Of a DNA stretch of 64,000 nucleotides, positions 57,720 to 64,000 are shown in pieces. How positions within the stretch are numbered: the stretch's first letter is position 1; every line of letters starts with the position of its first letter. The notes below the pieces were generated by a model that was given only the letters and a program-made list of their open reading frames with translations, did not search any database and was not told where the DNA came from. The translations under genes were made by a program, and so were the position numbers. The stretch spans positions 864,001 through 928,000 of the forward strand of contig JAXGZN010000002.1 of NCBI GenBank assembly GCA_040776945.1, given 5' to 3'. This DNA comes from Methanomassiliicoccaceae archaeon (GTDB taxonomy: Archaea; Thermoplasmatota; Thermoplasmata; Methanomassiliicoccales; Methanomassiliicoccaceae).

Positions 57720-58643
57720 ATGGTCCAGTGCTCCAAGTGCGGGCGGGCCGCGGTGACATATATCCGATATAACGGCAGCCATCTGTGCTCCGCCCACTTC
57801 CAGGGGTTCGTAGAAAGGCGGGTGAAGAGAGAGCTCAGGGGACAGGTGGACCTCGATCGCGCCAAGAACATTGCGGTTGCCGTCTCCGGAGGCAAGGACA
57901 GCTTGGCCGCTCTGATGCTCCTCCATGACATCCTCTCCCTTCGACGGGACGTCACGCTAACGGCGATCACCGTCGACGAGGGCATCGCCGGCTACCGGCC
58001 GGAGGCCCTGGATAAGGCAATAAGACTATCATCGGCGCTTGGCGTGGAACATCGTGTGATATCCTTCAAGGAACACGTCGGAAGTACCATGGATAGCATC
58101 AGCGAGCGTCTGGGGCATAGGACGCCTTGCGCCTATTGCGGGGTCTTCAGACGGCAATGCATGAACGAAATGGCCAGGGCGATCGGCGCGGACGTGCTGG
58201 CCACCGGGCACAACCTCGATGATGTGGCCCAGGCTATCCTCATGAACTTCACCAGGGGTGACGTGGAGAGGCTTGCCCGCATGGGACCGCATGCCAAGGT
58301 CCAGCCCGGGCTCATACCTCGCATCATTCCCTTGCGGTCCTTGCCTGAAAAGGAGGTATATCTGTATGCGATGCTGCGAGGCATAGACTTCTCAGACTCC
58401 ACCTGTCCTTATTGGGAGGCGGCCCTGCGAAACGAGTATCGGGATATAATTGACGGAATGGAGTCAAGATCGCCGGGCACCAAGCATTCCATTCTGGCGA
58501 GCTACGACGCACTGCGGCCGGCCCTGCAGGAGAAATACCCTCAGACCTCATTGCGCCTATGCGGCTGCGGTGAGCCGTCCCCGGGCGGGAAGTGCATGGC
58601 CTGCGTGATGAAGGACGAACTGGATATTATTGCCCGGAGCTGA
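57720..58643 (+). CDS. tRNA 2-thiolation protein TtuA/NcsA (TIGR00269 type)
   Basis: CSKC, SGGKDS, CAYCGVFRR, ATGHNLDD, CPY, C-terminal Zn finger. Confidence 0.9.
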   Translation: MVQCSKCGRAAVTYIRYNGSHLCSAHFQGFVERRVKRELRGQVDLDRAKNIAVAVSGGKDSLAALMLLHDILSLRRDVTLTAITVDEGIAGYRPEALDKAIRLSSALGVEHRVISFKEHVGSTMDSISERLGHRTPCAYCGVFRRQCMNEMARAIGADVLATGHNLDDVAQAILMNFTRGDVERLARMGPHAKVQPGLIPRIIPLRSLPEKEVYLYAMLRGIDFSDSTCPYWEAALRNEYRDIIDGMESRSPGTKHSILASYDALRPALQEKYPQTSLRLCGCGEPSPGGKCMACVMKDELDIIARS

Positions 58644-59076
58644 GGCAGAGCGGACGCGGGAACTACGACCTCTCTAATGAGCCAGGATCGAATGGATATA
58701 GGACGACGGGTCTGACCATATCTATCGTCCTAGCACGCCTGGCCCTTCGGACCGGGACCGCTTCTTCATCGTAAGCGTCGAGATCCCCATCGTTAGGTCG
58801 GCTTCAGATGAGAGAAAGACCCTAGGCCTAACGGACAGAGGCGTGCTCGCGGCGAGCATCGGTCGATCCAGGACTGACCGGCCGTCCCTCGCTCCATGGG
58901 AGACCTGCGTGCTCTCCCGCCATTGACGGCCCAAGAAGAACGACGTGGGGCGGTCCGGCCGATCATCGGACGCACCGGCACGGAGGCTATGATATTATAG
59001 GGCTTGGGGCTCTGCCCATTGTCAAGGCCGGTCAGTCCTTTGAACAGTGCGCCTGCCAAGGCAGAGGTTCTTGACC

Positions 59077-59101
59077 AAAAAAAAAGATAAAGGGGGGGGG
59101 G
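59077..59101 (-). terminator. Pyrimidine/U-tract terminator of glyA
   Basis: Minus strand reads a C-run, then TTTATC, then a T-run just after the stop. Confidence 0.55.
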
Positions 59102-59121
59102 CCAGGAGGCCTCATCAGATC

Positions 59122-60411
59122 TCAGACAAGGTCGTGATACCTGTAGGCCTCGGTGCCGGCGTTTAGGCAATACTGCACCTTGGTGAAGTCCTTTTTTAGC
59201 TCCCAGACATCCTTCTTCACGGACTCCGGGTTCTCCTTCTTCACCACAACACGGTAGATGAGGCGCGCGACATCTTCCATCTCCCCCTTCTCCATGCCGA
59301 GGCGGGTAAGCTCCTGGGTGCCCAGTCTCAGGCCGGATGGCTTCACCGCGCTGGTGTCTCCGGGAAGCATGTTCTTGTTCACGATGATATTTGCCCTTTC
59401 CAGGTCGAGGGCGCATTGCACCCCTCCCCCGTTCTTGGCCACGTTGACCGCAAGGGTATGGGACTCCGTGAACCCAAGGTGGGGGCATTGGACATCGATG
59501 CCCATCTCGTAGAGCGCACTGCCTAAGGCCTTGGCGTTCTTTATTATCTGGCCGGCGTACTGCTTGCCATATATCTCGAACTCCGCCATGGTGACCGCCA
59601 AGGCCGCCATCGCGTGCAGATGATGGGACGAGGTCACGCCGGGGAAGGCCGCCTTCTGCAGCTTCGCCTCCATCTCGTCCGTCAGCTTGTCACCTATCAG
59701 GATCCCGTGGTTGGGGCCCGGGAAGGTCTTGTGCGTGCTCGCGGAAAGTATGTGCACGCCCTCCCTCAAAGGGTCCTGGAACTTGCCGCCGGCGATAAGT
59801 CCGAGCACGTGGGCAGCGTCATACCAAACAGTGCATCCGGCCTCATGCAGAGCGTCCTGGATCTCTTTGATCGGCGTTGGGAACAGGAACACGGACAGAC
59901 CGAACTGGGCCACCTTGGGCCTCTCTTTGACAAGGAACTTCCTGGTTGCGTCGATGTCGAGGTTCCAGTTCCGGTAGTCCCAAGGATAGTGCACCGGGTT
60001 GAGGCCCCTTAGACCGACGGCACCGAACGGGGCGGTGGATATGTGCGCGCCGGATGCCAGTTCAGGGGTCGATATCTTGTCCCCTGGTTTGGTCAAGGCC
60101 ATCAACACCGCGATGTTGGCCACGGTCCCGGAGATGGGCCGGACGTCCACAAAGTGGGCCTTGAATATCTTCTTGGCCAGCTCAATGCACTTCAGTTCCA
60201 CCTTGTCGACATAGATGTTGCCCTGGTAGTATCTCTTGCCCGGTAGGCCTTCAGCGTACCGGTCATGGAAGTCAGAGATCATCATTTCCTTGGCCAGAGG
60301 GCTCATGAGGTTCTCGGAGGCGATCATGGGGAGGGACTCCTCGAACCATTTGGTATGGGCCTTTACCTGGTCCTTAATCCAGTAAGCATCTTCCTTCATG
60401 AATGTTACCAT
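59122..60411 (-). CDS. glyA: Serine hydroxymethyltransferase
   Basis: IASEN, YAEGLPGKRYYQG, DAAH, STHKTFPGP, SGLRLGT. Confidence 0.97.
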   Translation of the reverse strand: MVTFMKEDAYWIKDQVKAHTKWFEESLPMIASENLMSPLAKEMMISDFHDRYAEGLPGKRYYQGNIYVDKVELKCIELAKKIFKAHFVDVRPISGTVANIAVLMALTKPGDKISTPELASGAHISTAPFGAVGLRGLNPVHYPWDYRNWNLDIDATRKFLVKERPKVAQFGLSVFLFPTPIKEIQDALHEAGCTVWYDAAHVLGLIAGGKFQDPLREGVHILSASTHKTFPGPNHGILIGDKLTDEMEAKLQKAAFPGVTSSHHLHAMAALAVTMAEFEIYGKQYAGQIIKNAKALGSALYEMGIDVQCPHLGFTESHTLAVNVAKNGGGVQCALDLERANIIVNKNMLPGDTSAVKPSGLRLGTQELTRLGMEKGEMEDVARLIYRVVVKKENPESVKKDVWELKKDFTKVQYCLNAGTEAYRYHDLV

Positions 60412-60606
60412 TCAGAGATTAGGCAACAAATAAAAAAAGGTGTTGCATGCGCAAAGATCGGGCAATGGACACTGCTGCGACCAGCGATTGCCTGCATCAC
60501 CAGCGCCTGGCACATATGACGCTTCCCAGGCCATCTGGGCCTCTGTGGAACGTCCTTATCATAGATCGATAAGAGAATCAAATATATTATTATACGGAAT
60601 TTTTTT

Positions 60607-61098
60607 GTGTCCATTATGTCCCAGGTCTACAGCCGTACTGTCAAAGCGATCGGAGATATCGATACGATCTATGATCGTCTATGGGCCGCCCTGAAGTCCA
60701 AGGGATTCAACATCATCTCTTCGGAGAAGCCGAACCTCATTGTCGGGGAGAGGGGGTCCTTCAGGCCTACCCGCAAGGCGCACAAGTACCCACACAGTAT
60801 AGTTGTGGCCTTCCATTTCAGTGACACCGATCCTCACGTATCCTTCTCATATATCATGAGCGATTTCTGGGACTATACCCCGGGAGACCAGGACTATTTC
60901 AACTCGGAGATCAATTCGATCATTGCTTCCCTGAACATGAACACCTCGGCCATCGAGATGCGAAGCGCCCGTGATATCGTATCTCAGGCATCCCAGGCCT
61001 ACATAGGAGAGCTCCGGGGATTGGCCAAGCTGCGTGACGATGGGGTCATATCCGCTGATGAGTTCGAGTACAAGAAGAGAACCTTGATGGGCACCTGA
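60607..61098 (+). CDS. SHOCT-domain protein
   Basis: C-terminal LAKLRDDGVISADEFEYKKRTLM. Confidence 0.75.
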   Translation: MSIMSQVYSRTVKAIGDIDTIYDRLWAALKSKGFNIISSEKPNLIVGERGSFRPTRKAHKYPHSIVVAFHFSDTDPHVSFSYIMSDFWDYTPGDQDYFNSEINSIIASLNMNTSAIEMRSARDIVSQASQAYIGELRGLAKLRDDGVISADEFEYKKRTLMGT

Positions 61099-61131
61099 GC
61101 GCCCATCATCGGACCGTTCTACGAACGTGCC

Positions 61132-62193
61132 TCATCCTAGCCGCTTCTTAAGCTCGCCTATCGACGACACTGGAGTGGGATCCACGGCGTTCAGGATGGC
61201 AAGGTAGTAGCTCACATGGTCGCCAAGGACTATCCCCCGCATTATGTTCTCCAGCGCCGTTCCTCCAGGCAGATGGGCTACGACCGGGTCCAAGCGGAAG
61301 TCCTCGAATATGGAGATCGTCGCCCGTACGATGTCTGCGGTCATTCCGTGGTCCGAACCCGCCGTCAGGAACACCGGGCAGCACCTCGGCCTCCTCGCAC
61401 CGTCCACCCAGCCCACTATCTGGTTATGGTCCGCTTCCGGCAGCTCTCCATAAAGGCAGAGCATCTTGGAGTTCTCATTGATCTGGGTCTGCCATCGGCG
61501 GCCCGCCGGTCGGACGGTCAGGGAAGAATAGATGAAGGGCACGCGGTCATGCAGGCGCGTGGCCAACTGCTTGGCAGGGTTGCCGGCCATATGCGCCTGA
61601 GGAGCGCAGGCGCTAAGCTCGTCCCTTATGGAAGGGACCAACGCCCTGAGGTCGGTATCGATCGTTGACATGCCCGCAGCCCCTACCACCGATGCCGCCG
61701 CTCCAAGCAGATGACCGAGCGCCGCCCTAGGCTGTAGCCCTGGCGGCACAATGATGTGAGGGCCGCCGTGCTTCTCGCTGAGCCTCTTCAGCTGTCCACC
61801 GGATGTGATCGCCACGACAAAGGCGCCCCGGCGCCGGGCTTCCTCGTACATCGCAATTGTTTCCCTGGTGTTCCCCGAGTATGATATGGGCATTACGAGG
61901 GTCTCCCGGTCCACCCACCCAGGCAGTGTAACGTCCCTCACCACCGAGGCCATCGCCCTCGAGGATCTCAGAACATGGTCGCACAGAACATCGGCGCCCA
62001 TGGCCGAACCGCCCAGGCCGCATATGCACAGCTTTTCCCCTCCTCTCTCGATATCCACTTCGACGGACAGGGAGGTCTCCAACTGATCGGCAAGTGCGGC
62101 CATCTGTCGCAGCATGCCCGAACCGTCCACCTTGGCCAAGGCATCGACGTCATCCAGCATGACAGGCATCAGCCGCCGATACCGTTTTGCCAT
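61132..62193 (-). CDS. Bifunctional phosphoglucose/phosphomannose isomerase
   Basis: GLGGSA, SYSGNTRET, TSGG, QPRAA, INENSK, PEADHN, DPTPV. Confidence 0.92.
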   Translation of the reverse strand: MAKRYRRLMPVMLDDVDALAKVDGSGMLRQMAALADQLETSLSVEVDIERGGEKLCICGLGGSAMGADVLCDHVLRSSRAMASVVRDVTLPGWVDRETLVMPISYSGNTRETIAMYEEARRRGAFVVAITSGGQLKRLSEKHGGPHIIVPPGLQPRAALGHLLGAAASVVGAAGMSTIDTDLRALVPSIRDELSACAPQAHMAGNPAKQLATRLHDRVPFIYSSLTVRPAGRRWQTQINENSKMLCLYGELPEADHNQIVGWVDGARRPRCCPVFLTAGSDHGMTADIVRATISIFEDFRLDPVVAHLPGGTALENIMRGIVLGDHVSYYLAILNAVDPTPVSSIGELKKRLG

Positions 62194-62305
62194 ATATTAT
62201 TTGATTGATTCGTCGAACTTTTTTGAGCATCTGGTGAGGCCTTTGTGAGCGGTCGGATGACCAAAAGTAAAGTAGCTACCGGAGAGATAATATACGGTTG
62301 CCCAT

Positions 62306-63024
62306 ATGGTCTGGGCGAGCATCATGGACAAGATGGTCGAAGCACAGGCCGCCCTGCGTTCGGGTAAGTTCGTGCTTATCTTCGATTCGGACAGCAGGGA
62401 GGCGGAGACGGACATGATGATCGCCTCCGAGCATGTGACCTTTGAAAGCATAAGAACTATGAGGAAGGAGGCGGGAGGACTGATCTGCACGACGGTCCCC
62501 GCCGATGTCTCCAGGAAGTTGGACCTTCCCTTCATGGCCGAACTGTTCGCGGAGTCGTACGCAAAGCACCCGGTCCTCAAGGGATTGGCGCCCAACGATC
62601 TGCCGTACGATACGAAGTCAGCGTTCTCGTTGACCATCAACCATCGCCAAACCTTCACTGGCATACCGGACCGCGATCGAGCGCTGACCATCTCGGAGTT
62701 CGCCCGACTTGGAAAGCGGATCTTGGACCTGACCCCCCAAGAGGCCAGGAGGGAACTGGGCGAAGCCTTCCGAGCGCCGGGGCATGTGTTCTTGCTTAAC
62801 TCCCAACCCGGAGTGCTGAACGATCGCCGCGGCCATACCGAATTGGCCACGGCCCTGCTGAAGATGGGGGGGATGTTCCCATCGGCCACCATATGTGAGA
62901 TGATGGGCGATGATGGCAAGGCCCTGCGGAAGGACAAGGCTCAAGAGTACGCCAGGCGATATGGCCTACCCTACCTTGAAGGTCAAGAGATCATCGAGGC
63001 GTGGAACGAGAGCGTGCATTCGAA

Positions 63025-63028
<4 letters not shown>
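62306..63028 (+). CDS. ribB: 3,4-dihydroxy-2-butanone 4-phosphate synthase
   Basis: DSDSREAETD, GLIC, TGIPDRDRA, PGHV, RRGHTE, CEMM. Confidence 0.95.
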
Positions 63029-63935
<907 letters not shown>

Positions 63936-63939
63936 GCAC

Positions 63940-64000
63940 ATGAAGAGGTACAACATTGGGATAGTGGTCTCGGAGTTCAACTTCGACATCACGTCGATGA
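63940..64000 (+). CDS. ribH: 6,7-dimethyl-8-ribityllumazine synthase, 3'-truncated by window edge
   Basis: MKRYNIGIVVSEFNFDITSM. Confidence 0.85.
   Translation, partial: MKRYNIGIVVSEFNFDITSM

Noticed and set aside
62194-62305. FMN riboswitch upstream of ribB
   Set aside because: No RFN consensus; the gap is a short divergent promoter region.

Overview
GC-rich archaeal chromosome segment, most consistent with a Methanomassiliicoccales/Thermoplasmatota methanogen. This is inferred from rpl40e, rfcS, archaeal ribB-ribL-ribC-ribH, a DUF835 response regulator, hypAD, cbiMNQO-cbiA-cobQ and folate-type folC/glyA. The left end holds the 3' part of valS and a tRNA-Gly(GCC). After the tRNA comes a ~12.5 kb lower-GC island (~1850-14400) with a tyrosine-integrase remnant, an AbiE-like (type IV TA) pair and a tightly coupled five-gene minus-strand operon: UPF1/DNA2-like SF1 helicase, wHTH + Regnase(Zc3h12a)-like NYN RNase, coiled-coil protein, ClpB-like AAA+ ATPase and NrdG-like radical SAM protein. 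This operon is the best candidate for an undescribed defence/conflict system. The rest is mostly housekeeping and metal/cofactor metabolism. It also contains a candidate sRNA with an anti-Shine-Dalgarno loop, whose promoter shares a 21-bp palindrome with the cbiM promoter, a glutaminase-less second CobQ and an orphan AbiV/HEPN-like gene. All calls come from motif recognition by eye; no searches were run, and GC statements are visual estimates.
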